From: Cycas panzhihuaensis
Taxonomy: Eukaryota > Plantae > Cycadophyta
DNA length: 64,000 nt
Reading direction: 5' to 3'
Assembly: GCA_023213395.1 (NCBI GenBank)
Contig: CM041465.1
Location: 50,289,741 to 50,353,740 of the forward strand
The translations under genes and the position numbers were made by a program. Numbering within the stretch: the stretch's first letter is position 1; every line of letters starts with the position of its first letter. Under the pieces are notes generated by a model that searched no databases, had not been told where the DNA came from, and saw only the letters and a program-made list of their open reading frames with translations. Of this stretch, positions 37,584 through 49,300 are shown piece by piece.

Positions 37584-39039
37584 TGTTGGAATAATGTGCA
37601 TTCCCATTTACATGTCCATTTAAGTTCATTTCATGTCATTAGAATAATTGCTCACATGGAATATTCTTGATGAGAATATTCTAGTGAGAGAAGATTCCTA
37701 GTCAAAGTTCTAGAAGTCAAAGATGCTCAACTATTAATGAGTTAGTTTGAGCACACCATAAATCATGGAGTTTGTTGAACCAACTCCTATGTTTAGACAT
37801 AGTGTAAAACTATAAATATGTATTTGTACCTTACATATTTTCTTAATGAGATTTGGAGAGTTGTGAGTCATTGTCGTATTGTCATTTCTTGTGTATGTCA
37901 CATGTGCTTTATGACATGTTTCCAACTCATATCCTCTCATTCCAACATGGTATCAGAGCTTAGGTTCTTGACATTTGATTTCTGCCATGTTAGCCTTAGC
38001 TTTCTAACAGCTATATGCTGAAATTTAGTGCTGATTTCTGTCCATTTCTTACATGTATGCTTGTGAAATTTTGTCTTTAACATTAAAAAAAAAAAAAAAG
38101 ACATTGCAACTGTGAGAAATCTATGTACTATATAACTGTGAGAAAGCTCTGCTACGGATTTGCCCCTCGTCCCTATCCGTTCTCTGTTATGGGCTGCCAC
38201 TAGTCACTAACAATACTCAGTCTGGTGCCAGGAGCTGTCAGACGCCATGCAGGACGGTGGAGAGTCGTCACCTGCCAGAGTGGAGCTGCCGTATTCCTTC
38301 GTGATTCCTCCATCTGTAGGAGTCGCCAGCGCCCTACGCTAACAAGCTGTCTCTCTGTGTAGAGCCGCCCTCCATCGCTAGACATCTGTCTGCTGTCTGG
38401 AGTTGCAACGCTCCGTTGACTAGTGGCTAGATGCCATAGCTGTCAATCGCCTCGCACAGCCGCCATTGTGGAGAGCCGTAGTAGGTCCCTGCACCTGACA
38501 TCCAGATGCCATCACTCGGAAGCTGTCGCCATTTGAGACGTTGAGCTGTCCTCACCGTCGTCAGCATCACCCCGTACTGTCGCCGAACGGGAGGCGTTGT
38601 CACCTACAGAGTCGAGTCGACTCGACCCGAGCTGAGCCGCTTAGCCGCCAGACGGCGTTCATCGTACTAAGCCGCCGTCGCCAAACTATCTCCGCAGTCA
38701 CGCCAAAGACATTAATCGAGACGGAGATGCATCGTCACTGGAAAGAAAACACTAAGATTGAAAACCAAATTCGCTGTCACAGTTGCCATCTAACAAAGGT
38801 TGCCGCCATTTCGAAATTCGACGCCGAAGAAAAAAATCAGAATGATTTCATCATCAGATATATTTTAAAGCTAATGTTATAACATTAGGTTATAATATTA
38901 GTATATTCTTTCAGATATTCCTTTTTCAATATTGATTTTCTTTTATAGTTTGCCACTTTATTAGTTTAAAAGATTTATTTCATCTTTTAAGAATATATCT
39001 TTTTGTGGCATTTGAAGATAAATTCTTTAGAGGAATATT

Positions 39040-41100
39040 ATTTTAAAGAGGACATTAAGCATAATGTATTGTCCTTTGTCCTTTTTAAGTGTATTTCATC
39101 TTGGCGACATGTAAAAGGGTACTTTAAGAGGTCTTGTATTAAGTAATTTGTCCTCTTTTAAAAGTACACCTTTGGGCTCTATTCTAAAGAATACTTTAAG
39201 AGGATTTTTATTCAACTTAATCCTCTTCTTTAAAAGTATTTATTGGCGGACATGAAAAGTACCTTAAGAGGTATTTTTAACACATTAAATCCTCTTTATA
39301 AGGTACATATTGGTGGCTCAAAAGAGTACTAGTGGCAAGCACATTGAGAGGATTTCGTCAAGTATTTTATCCTCTTTAAAAGTGACATTATTAGTGGCAT
39401 ACAGATGCTTTAAGAGGATTATAAAGGCGGTTTATCCTCTTCTTATAAAAGCATCTTTTGGTGACATAAAAGAGCACTTTGGGCAGCATAAAATAGTACT
39501 TCAAGAGGATTTGTCTTATGCAATTCATCATCTTTTAAAGGGTGCCATTGGTGACATGTGAAAGAGTATTTCAAGAGGTTTTTAAAGCATTTTTTTCCTC
39601 TTTGAAATATATTATGATGGCTTCATTTGAAAGATACTTTAAAAAGGATCTTGTTAAGTATTTTATCCTTTTTGTAAAAAGTATCTATTGGTGGCACAAA
39701 AGAGCAAATCTTTGGCGGACATGAAAAGTACCTTAAGAGGAATTTTTAATACATTTAATCCTCTTTTTTAAGGCACATTTTTGGTGATGTAAAAGGGTAT
39801 AAAACCTTAAGAAGACTTTAAGCTTTCAAGCTTAATATTTGTCTTCTCTTCAAAGGTATTTATTGGCTTCAATTTGGGAGTACTTCAAGGACATTTTCTC
39901 ATGTACTTAATCCTCTTTAGAGCATATATTTTGACTCTATTTGATGAGGATTTTACAATGTACTATGAGAATATTTGTAAAGGCGAGACTTTAATGTACT
40001 AAGTCCTCTTTTTATAGAACTTTTAGAGGACCTTTTAATGTACTTATTCCTCTTTATTGATGGGTTTTTAAACCTTTATTTGTACTCTCTTAAAGTGTAA
40101 TTCACCTTGCGGTCACTGAGTGATGTGGCACTCATACTTGCGGTGATTTAAAACACTTTCTCCTTAATTTCTTAATTACAGACTTCTTAAAATGTCTGTG
40201 AATTACTAGCTAAAATTTGCTAGATTCACTAAGGCAAAAATGAAAGTCCTATGTAATATAACACTTCCAGTCTTACAAAGACCTATGGGAGTTGTTGAAG
40301 GAGAAGACAGGAAGCCTAATCAGACCCAATTAAAGGCAACATAGTGCGACACATAAAAGGGCATGATATCTTAAGAAGATTTTAAGCTTTTAAGCTTATT
40401 ATTTTGTCTTCTTTCAAGGGCATAATACCTTAAGAAGTTTGTCTTCTTTTAAAGGTATTTTATTGACTTCATAAAACAGTACCTTAAGAGGATTTTAAAT
40501 ACTTTAATCCTCTTCTTTAAGGTACATTATTGGTAGGATAAATATGCTTTTAAGAGGATAATTAATGTGGCACATCCTCTATTTTTTTTAAAAGCATTTT
40601 TTTGGTGACATTTTAAGAGGATTACTTCAAAGTATTTTATCCTCTTTCAATGATGTTTATGGTGGCAAAATAAATACTTTAAGAGGATTTTTTAATGCAT
40701 CTAATCCTCTTCTTTGGTGGCACAAAAAGAGCACCTTTGGCAACACATTAAAAGGATATAAAACCTCATGAAGACATTAAGCTATCAAGCTTTATTTTGT
40801 CTTCTTTCAAGGGCATGATATCTTAAGAAGACTTTAAGATTTTAAGCTTAATATTTTGTCTTCTTTGAAAGGTAATTTTTGGCTTCAATGTAAGGAGTAC
40901 TTCAAGGGCATTTTCTCAAGTACTTAATCCTCTTTAGAGCATATATTTTGACTCTATTTGACGAGGATTTTTCAATGTACTTTGAGAAGTAATTTGTAAG
41001 GGGAGTTTTTATTGTACTTAGTCCTCCTTTTAGAGCACTTTGAGAGGACCTTTTAATGTACTTATTCCTCTTTAATTGATGTATGATAAAGGTGTTTTAA
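39040..41100 (+). repeat. Array of ~60-75 bp hairpin-forming units
   Basis: Recurrent TAC(T/C)TTAAGAGGAT-loop-ATCCTCTT..AAAGTA stems separated by TTGGYGRCA; roughly 20 units. Confidence 0.9.
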
Positions 41101-41380
41101 ACCTTTATTTGTACTCTCATTAAGTGTATTTCGCCTTGCGGTCACTGAGTGATATAATACTCACACTTGCGGTGATTTAAACACTTTTTTTCTCCTTACT
41201 TTTCTTACAGACTTCACAACATGTCTGTGAATTACTGGCTATAATTTCCCAGATTCACTAAGGCAAAATGTAAGTCCTATGTAATGTAACACTTTCAGTC
41301 CTACAAAGACCTATGGGAGTTGTTGAAGGAGAAGACAAAGCCTAATCAGACCCAACTAAAGGCAACATGGTGCGGCACAA
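39791..41380 (+). repeat. Internal duplication (~560 bp blocks 39791-40353 and 40809-41380) including the relic gag start
   Basis: Both copies contain CCTTGCGGTCACTGAGTGAT, ATGTCTGTGAATTACT and ACAAAGACCTATGGGAGTTGTTGAAGGAGAAGACA. Confidence 0.92.
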
Positions 41381-41967
41381 TATATCACAACATGGTGTCA
41401 TATGACATGACACGACATGACTTGGCAGAATTGGAACCTGAAACACTAGCATTCATCAAATTGCTAGTAATTGATGAGTAGATTGCTCGTCTTTATTTGC
41501 TTACATATGATGCAAAATGACTCTTAATGAGTCTTGATACTTGCTTTACTCTTAAAAATGTCTAGTCTCTTCATGAGCAGAAACTGAAGGAGACAAGCGA
41601 CTTATGTTGTTGAATTGTAGAGTATATAACTCTTATCAACCTGCATGATATTTATCATACCTTAGACTACCTTAACCTCTTCATTTATGAGTTAGGTAGC
41701 TTACTATTGCAGCTTATTATGTAATGGTGATGATAGTTGTAGTGTTGAGGTGTTAATGAAAACGCCTAACAATTCTATGAAGCAACAATGTCTTGGAAGA
41801 TGACAATAGTGCATAAAATCAAGCACGATATTGTATTCCAAGATTATGACATTTGGAGAAGCAGGACAATGAGCGTGTTTTTACGCATTGATGATCACAA
41901 CTAACATGTACTACATGAGGATGATGAAATCCTCTTTGGGAGCTTTGTAAAAGGCAACTGCAAAGGC

Positions 41968-42211
41968 AAATCAACGACAGGATGTGGATGTCACTAAATT
42001 CTGGTTGATCATAATCAACGACAGGATGTGCATTTGACCACTTAAGTTCTGGTTGACTCAATTCAACGATAGGATGTGGATGACACTTAGTTCTGGTTGA
42101 TCCAAATCAACGACAGGATGTGCATAAAACCACTGGATTCTGGTTGATCTCTTGTAGCAGTTGAAGGCCAAATCGATGTGGATGTGCATAGCACCTAATT
42201 CTGGTTGATCA
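41968..42211 (+). repeat. ~45-bp minisatellite (4-5 units) derived from Copia RNase H coding sequence
   Basis: Unit AATCAACGACAGGATGTG....TTCTGGTTGATC; translates as KSTTGC..., matching RKSTTGY.F.LGSG.ISW. Confidence 0.85.
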
Positions 42212-42913
42212 CTTGATGTGGATAGCTTATTCCACCAAGACGGTATGCAAAGCAGCAGTCACAGCATTTGAGAAGCCTTTTGGGCTTAATTGACTTCTTT
42301 GACTTCTTCAATTGTTCTACTACAACAAAATGCCTTCCAACTATCGAAGAATTGGGATTCCATGACAGATTCAAGTTTGTGGAAGACCACCATCATTCTA
42401 TTTGACAGCATATGGAGCACGGCATAGTTAAGTTAATATATTGTCCCTCAAGTTGTATTCTCACTTAGACTTTAAGTTGTGAGAATTTTTTTTGAGAGAC
42501 TTAGGACACTGATGTTTATGTAAGGAAATGAACTTAACATTATGGGGGGGTGTTGGAATAATGTGCATTCCCATTTACATGTCCATTTAAGTTCATTTCA
42601 TGTCATTAGAATAATTGCTCACATGGAATATTCTTGATGAGAATATTCTAGTGAGAGAAGATTCTAGTCAAAGTTCTAGAAGTCAAAGATGCTCAACTAT
42701 TAATGAGTTAGTTTGAGCACACCAAAAATCATGGAGTTTGTTGAACCAACTCCTATGTTTAGACATAGTGTAAAACTATAAATATGTATTTGTACCTTAC
42801 ATATTTTCTTAATGAGATTTGGAGAGTTGTGAGTCATTGTCGTATTGTCATTTCTTGTGTATGTCACATGTGCTTTATGACATGTTTCCAACTCATATCC
42901 TCTCATTCCAACA

Positions 42914-45900
42914 AATCAATCCATAACAACAAAAATAGTATCCTTTCCTTTTGATTTTGGTAGCCCCATGATGAAGTCCATAGATATCTCCTCCCATCTT
43001 TGTTTCGGAATCGGTAGAGGCTGAAGAAGACCTGGAACATTTACATTCTCTCATTTGTTTCTCTGGCAGTGATCACATTCTGCTACAAACTTCTATATTT
43101 CTTCTTTCATTCCTTTTCAGAAGAAATTTTCTCGAATTTTGCGATAAGTTGTCTACTCCTATATGGCCTCCCATTGGTGAAGCATGGGCCTCTTCTAAGA
43201 CCTTTGCTTTGATTGTCGTTGCTACAGGCACTAGCATCTTACCTTTTCGCAAGATTAAATTTCCTTGGAGAGAGTACTTGGTATTAAGTCCTTCCTTGAT
43301 TTCTTGCAGTGCCTTTTGAGAATGAGCATTCTCATCGTAACTATTGACTAGTTCCTCTGTCTATGCTGGGTTAATTATGGTAATGGCTTTTAATGATGCT
43401 TTATCCTCTTCATGATCTTCTGCTATGGATCTTGATAATGCGTCTGCTATGATGTTCTCCTTTTCTTTCTTGTAAACTATTGAAAAGTCAAATGCTTGTA
43501 ATCTGCTCACCCACTTTTGTTGTTCCTCTATTAAAGATTTTCGATTTAGAAAATATTTCAAACTGTCGTGATCAGTCTTGACGATAAATTTATTTCCTAG
43601 CAAATATTGTTGCCACTGTTCGATGGAGTGCATAATGGCTAGCATTTCTTTGTCGTATATTGGTTTGAGGCACTCATGACTATTGAGCCTACGACTTTCA
43701 TATGATAGTGGTCGATCTTCCTGTAATAAAACCGCTCCCAACCCAAAACCGGAGGCGTCACATTCAATAGTGAAGGGTTTTGAGAATTGTGGTAGTGTAA
43801 GAACTGGGGCCGTAGTCATAGCTGTCTTTAATTGTTGGAATGCCGCTTCTGCTAATTGGTCCTATTTAAATGCCTCTTTTTTTGTCAAATCTGTTAGAGG
43901 TGCAACTATATGAGCATAACCCTTGATAAATTTGCGTATGATCCCGACAGCTCCTAAGAATCCTCGAATTCCTGTAACATTCTTAGGTGTGGGCCAGTTA
44001 ATAATCGCCTCGATCTTCTTTGAGTCAATTTGCACTCCTTTGGAAGATATTATATGTCCCAAATATTCTAGCTCTGTTTGACCAAATGTACATTTCTTTT
44101 TGTTTGCGAATAATTGTTGGTTTTGTAATAACTGGAGGATGATCTGAATGTGTTGAAGATGCTCCTGCCAAGAACGGCTATAGATTAGGATATCATCAAA
44201 AAAAGTTAGCACAAATTTTCGAATATATGGCTTGAGGATCTGGTTCATCATATTTTGAAACGTTGCGGGGGCATTTGTTAGCCCAAAAGGCATAATCCGA
44301 AATTCAAATAGCCCTTCGTGTGTGCGAAAAGCCGTCTTATGCGTGTCTTCTTTTTTGATGCGAATTTGATAGTATCCAGAGCGCAAATCAATTTTTAAGA
44401 ACTTTGCTCCATGAAGTTCATCCAAAAGGTCATTGATACGAGGGATCGGGTATCTATTCTTGATCGTTAATTTATTGAGAGCCTGATAATCTCCACACAT
44501 ACGATATGATCCATCTTTCTTTCATGCAATTATAACTGGAGATGCGAAGGGACTACTGCTCGGCACGATGATTCCTTGTTGGAGAAGATCTTGAGTGATG
44601 TGTTCAATCTCTTGTTTACGATGGAATGGGTGCCTATATGGCCTAATATTGACAGGGGCCGATTGAGGAACCAAATCAATCGCATGCTCATATCCACGAC
44701 TAGGAGGAAGTTCAGGTGGTAGTTCCTCAAAAACCTTACTATATTGGTTAATTAGTTCTTGCACCTCTGTGGGAACTTCTTCTGTTGTTACCTTATAACA
44801 GGAAATCATGAACGAGGTGGGATTTTTTCGAAGTATCTTTTCCATTTGCTGAGATGATACCAATTGTGCTGGAGGAATGTTGGGAGCTTGTAACTTGTAC
44901 TTACGTCCCTTTTGGTGAAAACACATAAATCGCGTCCGAAAATTGGTAACAATGTTTCCCAAGGTTTGAAGCCATTGTACTCCTAGAACCATGTCAACCC
45001 CGTCGATAGGCATGGCAAACATGTAAGTTAAGGTCGAGTACTTCGCAATACGTAAGCTTACTTGTTGGCAATAACCACCACAAGGCATAGTCCTACCATT
45101 TGCTATTGCCACTTGGAATATATTGAGTGGCTTTACTGTGAGACCTAACTTTTCTGTAGTAGGACGATTTATGAAATTGTGTGTACTACCACTATCTACC
45201 AAAATGGAAACCTCTGCATTTTTTATTAACCCTAGAAATCTTAATGTCTGCGGTGCACGCGTCTCCCCACTGATGGCTTGAAGTGATATTTGAATATTGT
45301 CCGGGTCTGTACTCAATAACTCCTCTATCTGGGCTTCATCTTCTTGGACCAATGCTTCCTCTTCTATAATTTCTTCCCTAGTTTCATCAGGGAGAGGGTC
45401 TTCTTCATTATTCATCATGAACATCTTCTTAGGAGGGCATCTATGTTCCCGATTATACTTTCCTCCACAACGAATACATGTTCCATTCTTGATGTGTTTT
45501 GCTCTTGACATTCGTTCATCTTTTTTCTCCCCTATAGGAGCACCGACTTTAGTTTCAGACTGTGTCCAATTTAGTTTAAATTGCTGGCTGGGAGGTCTTT
45601 CAAACTCGGTTCGACGAATGAAACTTTGTCTTCCTTCTCTAAATTCTACTTCAATGTTCCTGGCATGGTGTATGGCATCGATCAGGAAGCTCACTTCCAT
45701 GGTCTTTAGTCGGTACCTGATATTACCTCGAAGACTTGCTATGTATACTTCTACGAGTTGAGGTTCACTAATATGGGCATCCACCATACTATGCAGTGCT
45801 TGGAACTGTTCAGTGTAAGATTGTACCTTACCGACCTGTTGTAACCTAGTAAGCTGGGCTAAATAATCCGTTTTCGTTGTATCTTCATATTGCTAGAATA

Positions 45901-46395
45901 GAGACTTCTTAAAAAAATCCAATTGTAGTGGATTGTTCCCTCATAATTTCTTTGCCACTAATGAAAAAATTGTAAGGCTTTTTCGTATAAGTGCAATGCT
46001 ACCACCACCAAATTTTCTTTATTGGTTAAAGGGGTGGTTTTGAAGTAGACCTCCATTTGCATCACCCAACTACGAATATACTGAGATCTATCTGGGTCAA
46101 ACTTTTCTAGTTGAAATTTAGTTCCCTTAAGATCGAGCCCAGCCTGATCTCCTGAGTATTCCCCTTCTTGGCTCTGCTTCTCTTCTTTAGCTCTACTTTG
46201 AAATTCAAAATCTTTTTTTGGAGCCAATAGAATATCACAAATTTCTTGTATATTCGATTTCAATTCCTTGTACTGGGTTTGCATTAGCGTGATACTACCG
46301 TCCAAATGGTCCACCCTTTTTGACACGTCCTCGATTCCCTGGGAGGCTTGGAGCACCATTTTTCCTATTGTGGTTTTTCCTGACCTTAACTCCAT
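42914..46395 (-). pseudogene. gag-PR-RT-RH-INT(N) of the chromovirus, with few stops and frameshifts
   Basis: ORFs 45958-46437, 44522-45787, 43862-44500 and 43361-43819; integrase [13 protein letters not shown] at ~42960-43000. Confidence 0.93.
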
Positions 46396-49300
46396 TCTAT
46401 TGAAAAAAAATTTCTCAAATATTTTTTGTAGAGACACGCTAAATACCTGCTTTGAATGAAGCTCTGATACACCACTCGTAGCAACCTTACAGAATTCTTC
46501 TAACAGATTTTATAAAAATAGACAAAATATCCACCAAATGCACTTGCAAAATATCCAATCAAGAGAGTAATAATACAAATTCACTTGAATATTTATGACA
46601 TACAAATATAAAATGGTATCAAATGAATATAAACCAAATAGATACAAGATTACCAAATGACTCCGTAATTATTGTTGATAATGAATCCATCTTCGAGGCG
46701 AGGTGCCCTCCACAATGCTCCCAAAAGCGCCAAAAATATTGCAATCCAAGACTTCTCGGATGATGTAAAATGAGGCCGCAAATCCTCTTTAAATAGGCGG
46801 CCGAAAGATAGTAATAGAAGTCAACCAGAAAAGGTGATAATCTTCTTAATACTGCTCAAATAGAAGTCGGCCAGAACTTTTCAAAAAATTGGCAGGTTGA
46901 CTTTAAATAGTCATAACTTTTGATATAGATGCCAGAATTAACTTTCGTCTAGACTGTTGGAATCGTTGTTCAGAGGCCTTTGATTTGAATGGTAATAAGC
47001 TATATTTTGACCATATTTTGGAATGCTACAGATATTCATTACCATCGATTCTTCTACAACCTTATATGCTCTTTGAAATACTTAGATTTTTAGCCATTAA
47101 ATCATTTGCGATAATGTAATGGTTAACTTTAACTATTCTGATAGATTCTCTAGCAGTTTCAATTTCTATAGAATGTTTTTCAAGGGAATGTTGTTGAATA
47201 AATTAGCCACATTGATTTATGTGGCCTCGATTGCTTGTGGCCTCTTACTACAGGGACCTCACTTTGTTTTGGGGATGCCCTCCATAATATACTTGCTCCA
47301 CTATTGGCTTGGGTAAGGTGGGGCTGTTCTTTTCCACTTCATTGGCTGCTTCCTCTAATGCCTTCTTTCCTTGGGCAAAGTAGTCAATTTTCATACCATT
47401 CTTCTTAGGATTAGTTGCCAATTCACTTCTTGTTTGTAGATTTAAGACTTTGAGTGTGTTGGGCTCAAACGACATCAAGTTACTTGTTCTCATGCTCAGC
47501 GGGCAAATTTTCGAAGGTTGATTACATGGTCCACAATTCTATTGTTGGTGACGTATTGCTTTAGTCGAATATGATGACCTTACTTCTCCTTTGCCTTGGC
47601 CATTGCTTTGAGTGTTTCTCCCTTTGGGGTTACAATAACAATCCTTGATTATGTGCGTGTCTGTATCACATATGTGACACCACTTTTGTTCTTTGTTCAT
47701 ATTTTTTGGGTTATGAAAACATTCCTTTGTGGTGTGAGTATTCATGTCGCAGATGTGATGCCACTTCAACTCTCTTATTACTTTGTTTTTATGATTAAGG
47801 TAGCACTCTTTTGTGTCAAATGTTTCTTAACCTTGCAATTTCTTTCTTTTTTTCGACTTCTTATGGCTCTTTTTTCATCATAATTTTGCATGCCTTTTTT
47901 GCTCTTAATTATTTAATTTTTTTCATGTAACATTTTCAACACATTATCTTGTGTGCTTAATTCCTTCAACTCTAACTCTTTTTCGAACCTAATAGCTAAC
48001 TCTTTTTCTTTTGCAAATGATTTATTAAGTCATTGTTTTGATGTGTTCCTTGATTAAGGTTGCAGTCCATTCATGAAGTAGTTTTTAATAGAAATTTGGT
48101 AGTATCTCGCTGCTATTAATGCTTGCTACTATAATAGACATGCGACTTGAATAATCCAATATCGATTCCCTTGGTCGTTGCTTAAGGTTCCCCAATGTTT
48201 GTAAGACAACCTTGTTACTTCATAGTTTTTGAAACCTTTTTTGGAAGGCGTCACAAATTTGTCGCTAGGTTTCTTGGTTGCTTTTAATTCTTTGTATCAC
48301 ACTAGTGGCACTCCCCTTAACATGCATACAAATCTTCTTTATCTGCTGTTCTATTGAATCTGTCATTCCATCAAAATTTAGGTGGTCTCATACACTTTTG
48401 TTATGACAATTAGAGGATGCCATCTTGGGAGGTGTCCTTGGTGTTAATACTTCCTTTTGTTTTACTAATTTTAGGTGACAAACCTTTCTTTAGTGTTGTT
48501 CCTTCCTCTTCCTTGAATAACAAATTGCTGTTATGGGCCTTCACTTGAATGATTCCTTCTACACCTAGTATTTGGATTGCTAATGGTGTTTTTATAATAA
48601 ATAAACAAACTGTCGCTTGGTTAAGGTGCAATATTGAATAGCTTTTTGGTAAAATAATTTTTTCAACTTGCCTTGGGACCTTTTTTGCCTCTTCTTCATC
48701 ATTTTTCGTGCTCTTTAGCCTTTCTTTTGGATCAAAATCTTCATTATTTTGTCAGAATCTCTTCTGGGTCAAATATGTTAGGCATACTTCTTGCTATCAT
48801 AGTGCCTTCTTCAGTCACAGTTGTTTGGGGTGTTATTCATTGTGAGTAATTTGACTAGGATTGAAATATGCAAAAAATATTAGAGTTATTAGGCAGGATT
48901 GGTCTAGCTTCAAAATTCCTTTCATTCATTAAGAATGTTTGATGTCTAACGTACAAGTCGCTATACAATTATATACAAAGTGTGATTAGTGACGGTTGAA
49001 GAATGAGCAATAATTGCCTTAACATTTGTTATCACATTAAATGATGACCCTATGATTCACCTAATATTCCATTGACCCATCACTAACCGCTAGAACCCAT
49101 GACATAAACATTAATTCAAACACTCTCACTTAATATTTACGTCATTGGCTTTGTCACCAATACGCTATGATTTTGTCAAATTTGTCCCTAACCAATGGTT
49201 TGGTAAAAATACTTGCTAGTTGTTCTTCAATAGCCTTGTACAAGAGCTCAAACTCTTTATTTTCAATTTGCACTTGGATCAAATGGTGACGCACCTCAAT

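Larger units (their letters stand above)
37584..42913 (+). mobile_element. Very young non-autonomous (LARD-like) Copia-derived LTR element
   Basis: LTRs 37584-37947 and 42551-42913 differ by one substitution and one 1-bp indel by eye. PBS TGGTATCAGAGC 37948-37959. PPT GGGGGGG 42544-42550. No intact ORF. Relics: gag start (KDLWE/VEGEDRKP) and RNase H end (FHDRFKFVEDHHHSI...LIYCPS). Confidence 0.95.
36039..47030 (-). mobile_element. Chromovirus (Reina-like) Ty3/Gypsy element, ~5.7 kb without its nested insert
   Basis: 554-bp LTRs 36039-36592 and 46477-47030 (~94% identical). TSD GATAT (36034-36038 / 47031-47035). PBS 46461-46474. PPT 36593-36606. Protease LVDSGSTHNF, RT FFDDILIYS, RH CDASGFGLG, INT, chromodomain EYLIKWK...ATW. 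Confidence 0.96.
33900..48935 (-). mobile_element. Old, internally deleted non-chromovirus Gypsy remnant (pieces ~33900-36038 and 47031-48935), host of the chromovirus
   Basis: gag with two CX2CX4HX4C knuckles (CHICDMNTHTTKEC, CHICDTDTHIIKDC; 47539-47769). Integrase tail KGPYLIEELYENGTVQL at ~35320-35450. PPT-like AAAGGGGGGAGAG at ~34296-34309. Confidence 0.65.

Noticed and set aside
37584-37629. N-terminus MNLNGHVNGNAHYSNI of the 355-aa integrase ORF
   Set aside because: Contributed by the nested LTR; a chance fusion
37584-37947. Retrozyme (hammerhead ribozyme in the LTR)
   Set aside because: No CTGAnGA plus GAAA core with flanking helices found by eye; only TTGATGAG. An Infernal search would be decisive.
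38200-38882. GC-rich ORFs after the PBS
   Set aside because: Typical GC-rich LTR-element leader with low-complexity CGCCG repeats; no recognisable protein
39040-41100. CRISPR array interpretation of the hairpin repeats
   Set aside because: Eukaryotic retroelement context, degenerate repeats, no unique spacers of constant length and no cas genes
37734-42906. Twin 68-aa ORFs (37734-37940 and 42700-42906)
   Set aside because: Same LTR sequence read twice; no protein features. The same applies to 49521-49718 and 56823-57017.
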